From: Ginglymostoma cirratum
Lineage: Eukaryota
Length of the DNA stretch: 64,000 bases
NCBI GenBank assembly: GCA_024137785.1
Contig: JAHRHZ010000069.1
Location: 12,646,618-12,710,617 of the forward strand
Reading direction: 5' to 3'
Made by a program: the position numbers and the translations under genes. Below, piece by piece: positions 1 to 12,731 of this stretch. How positions within the stretch are numbered: position 1 is the stretch's first letter; each line of letters starts with the position of its first letter. A model generated the notes under the pieces. It was not told where the DNA came from. It was given only the letters and a program-made list of their open reading frames with translations, and ran no database searches.

Positions 1-365
1 ACAATGCAGAAGAAGAGTATCTGTGGAGTAGATTATATTCTGCAGTGTAATGTTGCAGAGGTGCTATCAGAAAGGAATAGGAAGTGGGGATTAAGATCTA
101 AAACTTTGAACAATCTGCCTTTAAAGTAAATAACAAGTTATCTTTCCGAACAGAGCCATGGGTGGAGTGATCTGGCATTACCAGTTCCAGATATTCTTCC
201 TCTCTGACAAGATATCCTATAACATGTTGAAGAAAATGTTTTTGTTTGTACAATCAAGAAATCATGACGTATCTTTGAAGAATCAAAACTGTTTTGCTAC
301 AGGAAGACTGACCACTGACAGAGGCTGAGGCCTTACTGTGCAATGGAAGATGGCAAATGTTGACT

Positions 366-580
366 ATGTCTGCATGGGTTTCCTCTGGGTGCTCCGTTTA
401 CTCCCACAGACCAAAGATGTGCAGGTTAGGTGGATTGGCCATGCTAAATTGCTTGTAGTGTTCAGGGGTGTGTAGATTACGTGGGTTATAGGGGGATGGG
501 GTCTGGTTGGGATGCTCTGAGGGTCAATGTGGACTAGTTTGGCCAAAGAGCCTGGTTCCACGCTGGAGGGATTCTATGAT
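366..580 (+). mobile_element. 5'-truncated HE1-type (V-domain) shark SINE
   Basis: tgtctgcatgggtttcc..gatgtgcaggttaggtggattggccatgctaaattg core and 3' tail ..ttccacgctggagggattctatga; matches the full-length copy at 57593-57899. Confidence 0.85.
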
Positions 581-698
581 TCTAGTATGGTGGAATACCG
601 TTAGTGTGAAGCCAAAGTCTCATTTTCACATTGAGGATATTCTCTGTTGCGTTCTGTGGCACTATCTCAGTGTTAAATGGGATAGATTTGCAATAGAT

Positions 699-808
699 GT
701 AGTTCAGGGATGTATAGATTAGGGGATGGGTCTGGATGGGATGCTCGGAGGGTCGGTGTGGACTTGTTGGGCTGAAGGGCCTGTTTCCACACTGTAGGGC
801 TTCTATGG
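699..808 (+). mobile_element. HE1-type SINE 3' fragment
   Basis: ttcagggatgtatagatt..gggctgaagggcctgtttccacactgtagggcttctatg; near-identical to 57777-57890. Confidence 0.8.
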
Positions 809-1419
809 AGATGCAGATTCTCATATGCAGTTCTGCCGTCCAGGAGGGAAAAGAAAACATCAAGTGTAAATTCAGAGAGAGTAGCAACCTGCAGATGTTC
901 ACTGAAGCTTCTAACTCTGTTGAAACCCCAAAAGCTTCTGATGCTACTGAGAAACCAAAATTCAGAAATCCTGATCTATGAGAGCTGGTCACACCCAAAC
1001 AGGCTGTTTAAAAATAATCAGCGCCTCCCAAATTGTTTCCTCAAGTGATATTAACTAGCCAGCTCTTCACCTCTCCTTCAATCTCAATCTTCAAAAAGAC
1101 CAAAGCAAAATAAACTCTTAAAGTTACAGCATCACTGCAGGAGGGAATGAGTGAGATAAAAGTGGGATCACAGTTGTGAGTGCTGGTGCAAGTTGGGGAA
1201 TGGTGGCGAGGTGTCCTGAGTAAATGAGGAGGAATGCAGAGGCAATGCGTGGTTAGAAGAAAGAATGGATTGGGGCAGTTGAGAGCAACTCAGGGTTGAT
1301 GCTGCATGCAGGGGGAGAATGGTGCAGCATGAGTCTTGGTTGGAGATTGGGTTCAGTAGTGGAGATGAAGTGAATGTGAGGGAGCAGAGAGCTAATCTGG
1401 TGGCACTTGTACTGTTTCA

Positions 1420-1632
1420 AGTGTGGATTGTGACTGACTCTCTTCCTGTGCTGCTGGGCATTCTACCAGACAGCTAACATTGCAATGACCCCTGGGTGCC
1501 AATCTCAGACAAGACTGGCAAGGTCTGATGGAGTTGTATCCTGTGCCGATTCTGAAGAAAGAGGACTTTCTTGGTCTGCACCTCCAGGTGCCTGCCTGCA
1601 AAGCGGGGTGCAGATTTTCCCTTACCTGCCAT
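1420..1632 (-). pseudogene. Decayed Myb/SANT (NAIF1-like) DNA-binding ORF of a PIF/Harbinger transposon
   Basis: Minus-strand translation MAGKGKSAPRFAGRHLEVQTKKVLFLQN..QTLPVLSEIG, then after a frameshift NAQQHRKRV; resembles the APRF..LE.L..VLF..W.EIA..R...QCRKR pattern of Harbinger Myb/SANT proteins. Confidence 0.6.
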
Positions 1633-3149
1633 TTTAGGGTCATGTGACTGGAACCATTCAGGGCAGCTTTGGGCTGACAGTGCTTCAATGGTTGCAAAGC
1701 AGTTTCTTAAAAAATGGACGCAACTCCAGGAATGTCAGTCTTTTCCTGCATATCCGGCTAATGGTGAATTCTTTTGGGTACGACAAGATGGTAGAATTGA
1801 GCTTGCATTGGGTGAAAGGGGAACCGTGGGGCTGTGGTAGTCGGTTAATGAGTTGTTTGAGACAATGAAGCAATGAACCCACCCAGACCTCATGGAGAAA
1901 AGCCCTCCGTGAAACTCAGCAAAGTTGACATTTGGATAAGATATGGTAAGATTCAGCTTGAATGTTTTTCAACCATTAGTTAGACCTTGTGACAACAGCT
2001 GGTTGCACGTTAACAGCCTCAAAAAAAGAGTGGATTGCTTCCTTGCTTAAATGTAATTTGTTGGCACGTGACTGACAGTGGTACCTTTTCTGTCTGAGTT
2101 ACAACTAAAATCAAACAAAATAACACCAAATGTTGCCAATTAAATTACAGCACACAACTTGGTTTTTTTTGTTTTACCAGTAAATCTCTTTTGGAAAGAA
2201 ATAGACACTCCTAACCTTTTGATCATTCATAACTTGAAAGGTACCTCAATCTTATGTGTGAATTGAGATGTTTGTGATGTTTTAACTGGCCCCAATTTAT
2301 AAGCTGTACAGGTACAGATTCACTGCAGAGCATTGCTGCAAAAGCAACTGTTATACCGACTCTGGTTTAAAATCTACACTTGGATCAAAGACATGAAGAT
2401 GCTTATTTTAATAAGTAAGTATGAGTGCCATTCCCAATAACTTTCAAAGATATCAGATCAATGTGCAAAAATGTATTTCTGGTCACATACTCTTTTTCAG
2501 GACAAAGTCGAAACCTGAGAGTCTGGTGTAAAGGACTACAGAACATAAATTCCTGAGGCCTCTTTCCCCTTCACAGTTCAGTACTTCCATTTTTAAACAA
2601 CTACATCTTTCTGGATGGTGAGGACATGATAGCTGCTTATTTGTGCTTGAAACACGTTACTGATTTATCACTTGATGCATCAAAGAGACAGTTAGTGCCA
2701 AAGAGCAGCTTCCACACAATACTAAGGGTTTCTAATACCTGGGTAAAATGTACAACTCCTGTTACTCAGTCCACCTAGAAACAGGTGTGAAATCTAACCT
2801 TGAATTCACACAGTTGGTTTCCAGCAAGCAATAACCCAATTCAAGAAGCTAGCTATTCAAATCTCAAAGAAGTATTTAAGAACAAAGAATGGTAAGTTCA
2901 GTGAACCCATATTCCCAGTGGGACACATTGCTCAGAGGAACGATGACAGGAATAGAGTGATGACACTGTAGCTGTTATTCTCTGACCTACTTTCATATCA
3001 GTTGAGATTCCCACTGTTTATGTTGTATCATTTAATCTTTAATGTTTTGAAGTCTGAAAAATCTTCTAATTTGTTGGAATCGTAATGAGCAAATTGTTTC
3101 TTTTCTTTCAGTTATGCACAGCTGACGATATAATAAAAGTAATTTGGTT

Positions 3150-3958
3150 TTGACTTATTTATTGTCACATAAAAATACAGTGGAAGATTTTGTATAGTGT
3201 CACCACTCCCCAGCTCCATCTTAAAACACAGAAAAAGTAAATCAAAACATAGAATATAAAAGCAGAAAAGTGAAGAAATAAAGAAAAAGCTTTCTACTTT
3301 ACAGTCCTTCTTGTTAAATGCTCTGTCATGGGCCAGGCATGAGCCCCCCTCGCTGTACTGCTGCCCCTGGAACAAAAGTCACCATTCTTCAGTGCCGTCT
3401 TGCCTCCACTGATGACCTCATCGCTATGAGTCCTAAATGGATCTCACCAATGCAGATGCCATTGACGCCACCGGGTACACACCAGCCCAAACTCACTTCT
3501 GCCACTGCCATGAATCTGCTTCAGGTGCACCTTGCCGATGCAGCCACCACTGATGCCACTGGGTCTTGTTCTGCACTCAAACTCACCTTTGCCTCTGTGA
3601 ATTTGCACTGGTGCTGAACGCAAAACTTGCCTCCACAGCAGCAGCTGTGAGTAGATGCGAGGACCACCTCGAAGATGCAGACAGCCGTCAGGAACTCAGA
3701 CTTGCCTCTAATGCCAGCGCCACAAGTCTGCACTGCTGGGCCTACATGAGTCTATGTGCTGGGCCTACTTGAGTCTGCGCTGCTGGGCCTACAAGAGTAT
3801 GCGCTGCTGCGCCTACTTGCTGCTGATGCTGTCCCTCTGAGCAAGCTCTTCGACAAGAGAAAGGTGGGAAAAAGAAGAAAAAAGAGAGGAAAACACAAAG
3901 AAAACCAGATAGAGCAGACGAGCCCCGGGCTAAAAAGCCCAACTCCACTGCCTTCTTA
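3150..3958 (-). mobile_element. Non-autonomous LINE-derived element (5' end plus 3' end, Rex1/L2-like termini) with internal tandem repeat
   Basis: Minus-strand 3' end ..atgtgacaataaa and 5' end taagaaggcagtggag..gctcgtctgctc; similar termini at 31790-32301. Confidence 0.5.
3726..3818. repeat. Tandem repeat, ~22 bp unit, 4 copies
   Basis: gtctgcactgctgggcctacatga / gtctatgtgctgggcctacttga / gtctgcgctgctgggcctacaaga / gtatgcgctgctgcgcctactt. Confidence 0.85.
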
Positions 3959-6032
3959 TCAGAAATCAACTTATTTTCCTGACTGTTTTCAGTCAGGAGC
4001 ATGAAGTCTTCCTCAGAGGAGTTCAGGGAATCTGATAGAATTTCAATATGTGAATCTTTCATTTCATGTTTTGATTTTTGCATGTCTCCTGAAGTTTATT
4101 TGTTGTTTGACAATTCCTTTGATTGAACTCAGTGCCATCTAAATTTAACCAATATGAACTGTCTTGTAAATAATCCAATTTAAATCCATTGGATTTGGCT
4201 GAATCTTCTATTCCCTTACCTTCTGCTATCTTACCCAAAGGTCCATTGTTAAATAATGTTTAGTAAGCTGTTTGGTTGTTAAGAGCATTACAGTTAATCC
4301 TATCCTCATTTGATCTGTTTTCATGTACTCACTGGAAAATCATGCAGTGTCAGAAGTGTGAACTCTTTCTGGTTCTGTTTGCTGACTGAAGGGAACTAGT
4401 TTGAATATACTATCTTAGCTTCAACCCTGGCTGAAACACCTTATTCAGAAACAGACTGAGATTTTGATCTGTATGATAACTTTCACTGCATGGTTATCAG
4501 GCCAAGTACTGTCATGACAATGTCATAATTTCATAAATCGTTGAAGTTATATTCTAAAAGCTATATTTTAAAAGGTTGAAAGTCAAGATGGCTTCTGAGA
4601 GCCACCAGAAGTCTTTTGAGGATTAAAAAATAATCTCAGCTAGAGGGAGGACGAAGAGGACGCACTTCTTGATGTGACTCGTTGTGAATCAGACAAAGGC
4701 ATACAAGCCTCCGTCGTAGCAATTAGCTCCTTTGCCTTTTTAAATGAAAGGACTTGTGGCTGACTGAAATTACAGCTGGGAAAAACCAACTCGGCCAGTT
4801 TCTTGGATTACCACAATGTGTTATTTGGACATTTTCTAGGAAATCATGTGACAAGATGGACAACTTTGTTCCGAGGCAAAAAGTATATTGGCAGAATGTA
4901 AATGTTGAGGAAAACTCCTGAAGGGTAAGTAAAGCTACCAGACTCCTACGGTTAGTTAAGCAACCAAAGTATCAAACACTAATATTTTGTAAGAAAAATA
5001 ATAATTTTTGTCATTCCACCATTAAGTTCACCTGACAAGTCCACTTCCTGACAGAATGCCTCCCAGAATCTCATAGCTACTGAGAAATCAGTTCTTTTTC
5101 ACTTCAAATGAAACATCAACTCAGTTAAGAAACATTAAGCCTGCAATTAAATAGTTGCTGAGTTAAATTCCATTTTCTTCTTATCTGTATCTGTTTCTAG
5201 GCTTATATCTGTGTCTTCGAGTGGGTGACTCAGTGGAGTGAGATAATTTTTGTTAACCTTTGAGGCAAGTGTCAGAGAAATAAAATGGCCTTCATTGTTA
5301 AATAGACAAAAGTTTGCAACTGGATAATTAAGATTGAGCCATCTGCTCCAAGGGGAAGAAAACAATGTACATAGATATTCATATAAATGATATATTGAAA
5401 ATTCATAAACAGAACACAAAATTGTCTACGGCAAAACTATATACTTGTAGATTTATGAAATATTTTTGATCCTTCAAGGAAACCATAGATTTGAATGAAA
5501 GAATACATTGTGAACAAGAAAAATCAGTGTTTGAGTTTATATCTAATGTTGACCATACGTAGACATTAGCCTTAGCTGAGCTGTGCACGCTCACTTCTGC
5601 ATGACAAGATTTCTTCTTACTCATCTCAACACAGCCTAATCCCTGAATAAAATTTGGATGAGACAGTCAAGTGTATGTTACAATCTACAGAGGATTTACT
5701 GAGAGAATGAAGCCACAAGATTCCACAGTTCTAAATAAACAATAACTGTGACTATATGACGTTAGAATAGCAGTAGGGTATGCAATGCAAGTGCAACTTC
5801 TTTCTGACACCCAGAATTAATATTTGGTGAATATGGGTTATAGACTGTGCACCCTACAGTGCAAATGAAATTGCAAATGTGACTAAGAAAGATCCCATGA
5901 ACAGCTTAGCAATTGCCTTCAAATATTTCACAATGAAAGTGAACATTTCACTTGAATCCTTAACTTTTTAAGTGTTTAACTCCTTCTGTCAACATACATT
6001 GACATTCAAGAGGTAGTCGGTCCCTCGGTTAG

Positions 6033-6217
6033 AGATCACAAGAACTGCAGATGCTGGAGTCAGAGATAACACAGTGTGGAGATGGAGGAACACAGCAGGC
6101 CAGGCAGCATCACAGGATAAGGATGAAGAAGGTTCCCAACCCGAAACATCAACTTTCCTGCTCCTCTGATGCTGCCTGGTCTGCCGTGTTCCTCCAGCTC
6201 TACACTGTGTTATCTCA
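6033..6217. mobile_element. PLE-derived hairpin element with degenerate hammerhead motif (6123-6150)
   Basis: Inverted arms gataacacagtgtggagatggaggaacacagcaggccaggcagcatca / tgatgctgcctggtctgccgtgttcctccagctctacactgtgttatc; flanking direct repeat ggtccctcggttag (6019-6032) / ggtccccgggttag (6218-6231). Confidence 0.85.
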
Positions 6218-6440
6218 GGTCCCCGGGTTAGCTTCGTTGACTGGATGGCTGGTTTGATGATGCACAGTGATGCCGGCACTGAGTTTTTAATGCCTACACC
6301 TCCTGAGGTTGTTGTGAAGGCCCTTCCCTCTCATCCCTACTGTTTTGCCTGAGGTGTGGTGATGTCCAGATTAAACTCACCACCAGTCATTTCTGTCTTT
6401 GTAATGTGAGAGCAGCCCTCTGAGATTACAGCGATATTCA
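6218..6440 (+). mobile_element. Decayed tRNA-derived SINE, apparently interrupted at its head by the hairpin element
   Basis: tRNA-like head ttagcttcgttgactggatggctggtttgatgatgcacagtgatgcc followed by a body resembling other elasmobranch SINEs; recognised from memory only. Confidence 0.45.
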
Positions 6441-7579
6441 CTGACAATTAATGATGGCACCTCAGTAACTTGGAATTGCTGATGTCAGTCCCTATTCTAT
6501 GGCTACATTCATGCCTGGGTATCTTTGGGGAGGGAGTATGTGGTGTCCATCATTATTTTCATAGCTTTCAGGGACAGATGGGTACTGCAGGGGGTAAGAG
6601 TGCTTCATCTCCCCTTCCAACTCCAGTTTGAATTTGCCACCTTCCTCTTTCCCTATGTTCCACTCACCTTCGAGGGTTTGCATTGTCCTTCACGGCTTTG
6701 CGTGTACATTAATCAGTCAGAAAAGACAGGTGATTCACTGGCGCTGGTTAATAGATGAAACAGTATTTGGCAATGGGAGAAAAATACATTCGGTTGTATG
6801 TAAACCCAATTCTGTACAAAAAAAAAGTTGGAGCTGTCCATCAAAATGCACTCTTGAAAGTTATCCCATGATGAAAATGAAAGTTTGGGAAGTCAGTCAT
6901 GCAGCGCAAACCCTCTGCTGGTTTTATGTCAACAGGTAGCCTGAGCTACCTGGCACTTCTTTTACACTCCACATTTTCTTTCAGCCAGTTGCCTGAATGC
7001 TTGATCAGTCCTGATGTGTTTATGCACTTGTGACACACAAGCAGGCCTTCACAAGTACGAGCAACAGGAGAGAAATATCCCCCTCATCATCACTGACGTC
7101 CCATGACCCACCCATGCAACTATGCCCTCTGTCTTTCCTGCATGGCTGCTGATAGGCCTATGCCAACTTAGTGACTCCTCCGACCCACCACCCCTTCCAC
7201 CTTCACCTACCATGTCAAGCTCATTGAGTATCCACAAAACATAATGCATATTGAAAAGAGAGTTCTCTTCTTTAAAGTTCTATATTGCTCACCCTTGCTG
7301 ACAGATGGATACTTAACATATCTAGACACTTTTTGACATGCCTTGATACTTGTCAACATTATTAACACTTCTTAGGTCAGACCATTCCAAAAGGTTTGTT
7401 CACCTTATGGACACAATCTCCTCCACAGTTAAAAGTCCCGAAGGGAAGTTGACTCACTGAAATATTCCCTGACGACCATCCCCAAAATATCCTTCAACCA
7501 TATCTGCAGATATCATGTCTCCAGTGGAGCACCCTAACTCTCTAAAAGACATGTGCTCAGAACAAATCTACTCTTGACT

Positions 7580-7749
7580 GAAACAAAAACAGAAATTGCT
7601 GGAAAAGCTCAGCAATTCTGAGGAAGGGTCACTCAACCAGAAAGGTTAATTCTGATTTCTCTCCACAGAAGCCGCCAGATTTGCTGAGCTTTTCCAGCAA
7701 TTTTCGATTTTGTTTCTGATTTACAACATCTGCAGTTCGTTCGTTTTTT
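7580..7749 (+). mobile_element. PLE-derived hairpin element, second family; hammerhead-like motif 7618-7648
   Basis: Arms aaacaaaaacagaaattgctggaaaagctcagca / tgctgagcttttccagcaattttcgattttgtttc; motif ctgaggaagggtcactcaaccagaaaggtt; TSD atctactcttgact (7566-7579) / atctgcttttgact (7750-7763). Confidence 0.8.
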
Positions 7750-8705
7750 ATCTGCTTTTGACTAGTTTAACCTCCACACTCTGAATCCCAGGCACCAGGG
7801 ACGCCAAAATTCTATTGCAATGGAGACAGTTGCTCAGTTGAATGGCCACCTATTTTTAGGAATCGCACATGTGCAAACTACTGGAATGCCAACCTTACCT
7901 CTGTGAAAATGAGAAATGTCAGGTAAAAGGTCAGGACTGAGAATTCACAACATCTTCCAGCATTTGTCTTGAACAGGGATGTTGTCTCTGATTGGGGCCT
8001 GGATCTTTTATCTCGGGTGACCTTCCAAGATAGCGTGGGCCTATTTTAAAGAAGAATGTGGAAGTTCAACTGATGTATAAGCCAACATTTAGCCAAACAA
8101 ATTTCAATAAAAAATCTGAAACCTTGAGAAGAAGGTATACTATTGTGTTTCCATACATTAATCCAATGTCACTGAAAGTGGACTTGTCACTGTGAGCTGC
8201 TATCATAAATTGAGGACAGGAAGGAATCCACATACATCCAAGTCCTTTCATCGCAGATAATGCCACATTATTTTTCAGCTGGTAAAAGTTCATATCCTGT
8301 TACAGTTGGCAAGTTTCTGGCATTTGAGGAACAAATCATTGCAAGCATGATGTTGTTTTGTATCTGTCAGATCCATTCATTCTTTGAAAGCCATGGGGTG
8401 TCAGGGACATTTTATTTCAATTTCAGCTGAAAGGAAATAAATGTCTGATTCATTGACATTTCTGGGTTGGCTTGGTATATGTTTATAAACATTCAAGCCA
8501 TCTGTTACTTTGATGATGTTTTGATTCATGTATGCTTGAGGTCACCAATTTCCTTTGTTCTTTGGGATGATCCATCAAACTTCTGAGCCAGTTGGTTGGT
8601 TTGAAAGTGTAACACATCAAAGACCAAATGTTTGTACGTGTGTGGAAGTGCATTTCAATGCTTTAGTTTTTTTTTTTTGTTGGAGGAAATTGGAACTTTG
8701 CTCAT

Positions 8706-9110
8706 TAGAATTTCATAGAATAGGAGGCGATCTCTTTGAAACATAAAGGATTTTTAATGGGCCTGACAAGGTAAATGATGAGAAAATGTTTCCTCCCATG
8801 GGAGAGTCTACGGATCAGAGGGCTTAGCCTCAGAATTAAGGAGTGTCAATTTAAGACTGAGATGAGGAAGAATTTCTTCTTTGAGGCTTCAGAGTCTTTG
8901 GAACTCCTTAACACAGAGAGTTGTAAGGGCCGGGAGCTTGTGTATGTTTAAGGCAGAGATATATTCTTGATCAGTAGGGGAACCAAGCGTTATAGGGAAA
9001 GGGCAGGAACATGGACATGAGGAAAGATGGATCAGGCATGATCCTGTTGAATGGCAGAGTAGGCTTGACGGGCAGAATAGCCTTCTCCTGTTCCTATTTC
9101 TTATGGTCTT
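8706..9110 (+). mobile_element. CR1/HER1 LINE 3' fragment
   Basis: RT C-terminus (aggcgatctctttgaaacata, G-D-L-F-E-T) and CR1 3' UTR gaatagccttctcctgttcctatttcttatggtctt. Confidence 0.8.
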
Positions 9111-11320
9111 ATTCAATTTGATCTCCCCCATCATTTACAACCCTGTGCCATTTGTCTTAGGCCTTGTGGAGATTGGGAGTTCCTTGTTTGGAGGAGGTCA
9201 GGTTCCAAATTTTAACTGGGAAGCAAAATCGAATGTGTACCTGAACAAAACTCTTATCTGGTGGGGCAGCATTTTGGAAGCCCATCAAAAATGCTCGCTT
9301 GATTTCAGTCAGTGAAGAAAATGGAAGACCTGTTAAAGAGACTATAACATCCTGGAAGATATAAGTAAGATGTATTTTCAGACTTCCAAATGTCATTACT
9401 GGGTACCATATTGTGATGTGTAAGTGTTTTTAATGCCGTGATTATGATGGGGACCTGTTGTTTAAAAGTAGGTCTGTGTTTATATTGGTCAGCTTTATGA
9501 ACTGGTTCGTGTGCATTACAGTGCTTTCAAAATGGAGAAAGGACCAAAATGCAGAAAATGCTGTTAGAAAGCATCCTGTGAACTGATGTAATCATCATTT
9601 CTGATGTGATTTAAATGATTGTGGCTGCAACAAAGAAAATGGTTTTGACCTTTGGTGGTGAGCGGGGTTAAGAAATCGATACTTGAAAAGAAAGCCGAAC
9701 AACCTTCTATTTCACACTGATTGTCAGGTACTATGTTTGGAAATTAAACTAAACTCCTGCTTTTCCTTTTTTCCTCGAGATTAGTCTATTGTTTTGGCAC
9801 CTGTGGCTATATAAATGATTGGCTACCTTTCAGGCACTCATGGGTTTCAGCAAAGTAGGTGTTTGATTCTTCTGAGAATCAATGAAAATTTAAGAAGTTG
9901 CAAGAAACAGATTATTCTTTTGAAGTGGTTTCTGATTTGCTGATGTGCAAAGTATTGAAAACATTTTCTTGCCATATGACAAAAAGCATTTTTTTCTCAA
10001 TGAAAAATATGAATGCTTTTATTAGATGATGAAATATCCATTTTCCTCTGAAAGATTATCAAATATTTTCCGTTGATGATGCATGGAGATCTGCAGACTG
10101 TATGTGGTGCAAAACATGTGAGGAATGATACAGAGAGACTGAGGAGTGTCATAGATTATCCGAGTAGGATTGAGATGACAAAGTTGGCATTTCAGTTGTG
10201 TTGAGGATGTCAGTTGTGAGGCATGATATTTATGAGGCCTTTAAACACTGCTATAAATCGGGATAATGTGTTGAAGATTTGAGGTGGGTTTTCTGACTGA
10301 GCTGCCTCTGAACCCACACTCCTTACCCCCTTGTAGCTGCATTGGAAACTGAACCTTGTTGTCAAAGGGTGTGTGAAGGCAACCATGGGATGGACGTGCA
10401 TTTCGTGAACTGCAAGCATGTTTTCTCACATCCGAAGGAACATTCAGCCCCTGGTCTCTTGGTGATTAAGAAGCATGTTTATTCTCTTCCCTCTACTGAC
10501 ATTGTGCCACATCATAAATTTGTGTCCCAAATGGACCACACATGTTAAGTTAAGATACAGAGTGTCTTCTAAAGTGCAAAGAGCAGTCTGCTCAGTCTGC
10601 AAAAGCAGTCCTAAAAGATGTTCTCTTTGCCCCTCTCAACCATGAACAATTTTTCTTTTAAGGTATGAGTCATGCCATAAATGAGTATGACGAATGCATA
10701 CAAAACAACATGCTTTGGATACAGAAAATATGAATTAAGAATAACAAAGCTGGGAAAATTCAGCATATTGGGTAGCATGTGACAGAAGAACAGAAATAGT
10801 GGATGGAAGATTATGGTTGGAAGTGTGGAAAGTCCCCTGCCATAACCCTCCTCCACTCAAAAAAGTCTTTGGCCAGCTCACTGGCAGTTTAGAAGGGGCT
10901 GCACCTGGCGAGACAAGCTCCTAATGGAACCCACCCCTTGCTGGGAGGAAGACTCACTCAGTAGAGATGCCAGCCAAATGGATTTGCCGACAGCACCCAC
11001 AATCCTGGCAGTGCCTGAGCTCCATAGTGGGATCTGTCAGAATTGCAGTCAGAAGTGATGATCTGAAGTTGTTGACCTCAGTGCTGAGTGTAAAAGACAG
11101 AAGACTGCTGAGTCAAAAAATATAATGCTGCTCATTGAGCTTATGCTAAGCTTCACTGGAACTGTGTAGCAGGCCTCAGACAACATATTAGCAAACTGGA
11201 GAATGATAAGCTTGTGCATTGAATTAAGGTGATCAGCAAAGCAGCCATCCAGTCTGCTTTTGGTGCCCCCTCCCCCTGCCCCCAGTGGAGAGAATAACAC
11301 GTCATGAGCAGAAAGTACAG

Positions 11321-11658
11321 CATCATCATCATTGGTAGTCCCTCAGAGATGAGAATGTCGAGAATCCGTCGGTGGCTGTGTACAGACCAATGTGGCTGCC
11401 ATAGGCTCTGTTACACTTGGGCCGTGGGAAGGAATGGGTGGAGCGTTGGTGTGGCAGCGCACTCCTTTTGCTGTTTTCACCTTACTTCCGTTTTTACCCA
11501 ATAACGAGTCTCGAGGTGCTCAATGCCTTCCTGGATGCTCCTGGTGACTGTGGACGGTCTGGAGCCAGTGATTCCCAGGTGTCTGTGGGAATGCTTCACT
11601 TCACCAGTGAGGCCTTAAGGGTATCACTGAAGCGCTTCCTCTGTCCACCTGGGGCTCA
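11321..11658 (-). mobile_element. RTE-clade LINE 3' fragment
   Basis: Minus-strand translation APGGQRKRFSDTLKASLVK..IPTDTWESLAPDR, typical of the RTE ORF C-terminus; (gat)n tail at 11321-11332. Confidence 0.8.
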
Positions 11659-11866
11659 CCTAATAAGTTGAAAGATGCAGTGGTAAATCAGTGTTTCACT
11701 TGGAAAGGATATTTGGTGACTTGGACAAGGAGGGCTCCATCCTTCCCAATGTTCTCATCCTCTTTCCTTGGAAAACTGCTCCTGTTCCTCCAGTGCTCAA
11801 CATCTAACATATCACTTTGTTGCCCTGTTCCAATTGGGCCATGCAGAGCACAGTACACCAGTCAGA

Positions 11867-12731
11867 TGTGGCATACTCTACCCAGACAACACTGAAGGGA
11901 ACCCCCAGAAGAATTAGGACTGTTTTTACGCTTGAAGGAAAAACCCAGAGCTTAGAAAGCTTTTGTTTTTTAGTTGCTGAAGTTCTGGCTGACATTGGAT
12001 GGATCCGTTTCTCTTCAAGAATGGAGCTAGTTTAGAACGGTTAGGAAACACGTAAGGATTTTAGCTTGAAAGTTTAAGACCGGAAGTGGTTGGATAGAAT
12101 CCTGAAAGGGTTATTTGAAGCTGAGAAGGTCTAATCTTAGTCAATATAATGTGGAGCTAGAGGAACACAGCAGGTCAGGCAGCATCTGGGGAGCACGAAG
12201 GTTGATGTTTCGAGTTTACACCCTGCATCTTGACTTTCCTGCTCCTCTGATGCTGCCTGACCTGCTGTGTTCCTCCACCTGTATTGAATCTGACTCCAGC
12301 ATCTGCTGTTCTTGGTTAATCTTAGTTGTTTGACTAATTAAGGGAGAGGCTACCAACCTCTCAAGATTGTTGAACTGAAGAAACTATAAAGTTAAACCTA
12401 TGGATGGATAGAGAAGTAAACTCTTTCCTGTGTTTGAATACTGTAAAGTGACAATTTTGGAATAGTTGGGATTGTATGTTAACTGTTTGTTTCAAAATCT
12501 TTCAAATTGTCTTGTATGTAAATAATTTGGGTTATTTCAGTCCAACTCCTTTTGTTTTGCATAAAAAAAGCCTGTCTTATTGTTAAAACCAAATTTGCAA
12601 CATGTGTTTCAGTGGAAAACCACCTTGTTAAACCAACAAAAATAAAAAAAAGGCAAAAAAATGTGATTTATCAAGATAGACAGAAGACTGGAATCTGACT
12701 TGTCCTAATAACATTAGTTGGGATCAGAACA
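11867..12731 (+). mobile_element. Solo-LTR-like repeat, family A (start approximate)
   Basis: 3' end tctgacttgtcctaataacattagttgggatcagaaca is shared with 26325-26369; AATAAA-like signals; CA end; interrupted by the hairpin element at 12142-12313. Confidence 0.55.
12142..12313. mobile_element. PLE-derived hairpin element
   Basis: Arms ggaacacagcaggtcaggcagcatc / gatgctgcctgacctgctgtgttcc; antisense hammerhead remnant gatgtttcgagtttacaccctgcatc; TSD taatcttagt at 12132-12141 and 12317-12326. Confidence 0.85.

Noticed and set aside
2488-2560. Splice acceptor (ctctttttcag) starting a coding exon
   Set aside because: All three frames reach a stop within about 20 codons and no recognisable peptide results.
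3726-3818. CRISPR-like repeat array
   Set aside because: Contiguous tandem units with no unique spacers, in a eukaryotic context; it is a minisatellite.
10080-10600. Possible old RTE-like RT fragment on the minus strand
   Set aside because: Only a vague GSE-like motif; too degenerate to support.
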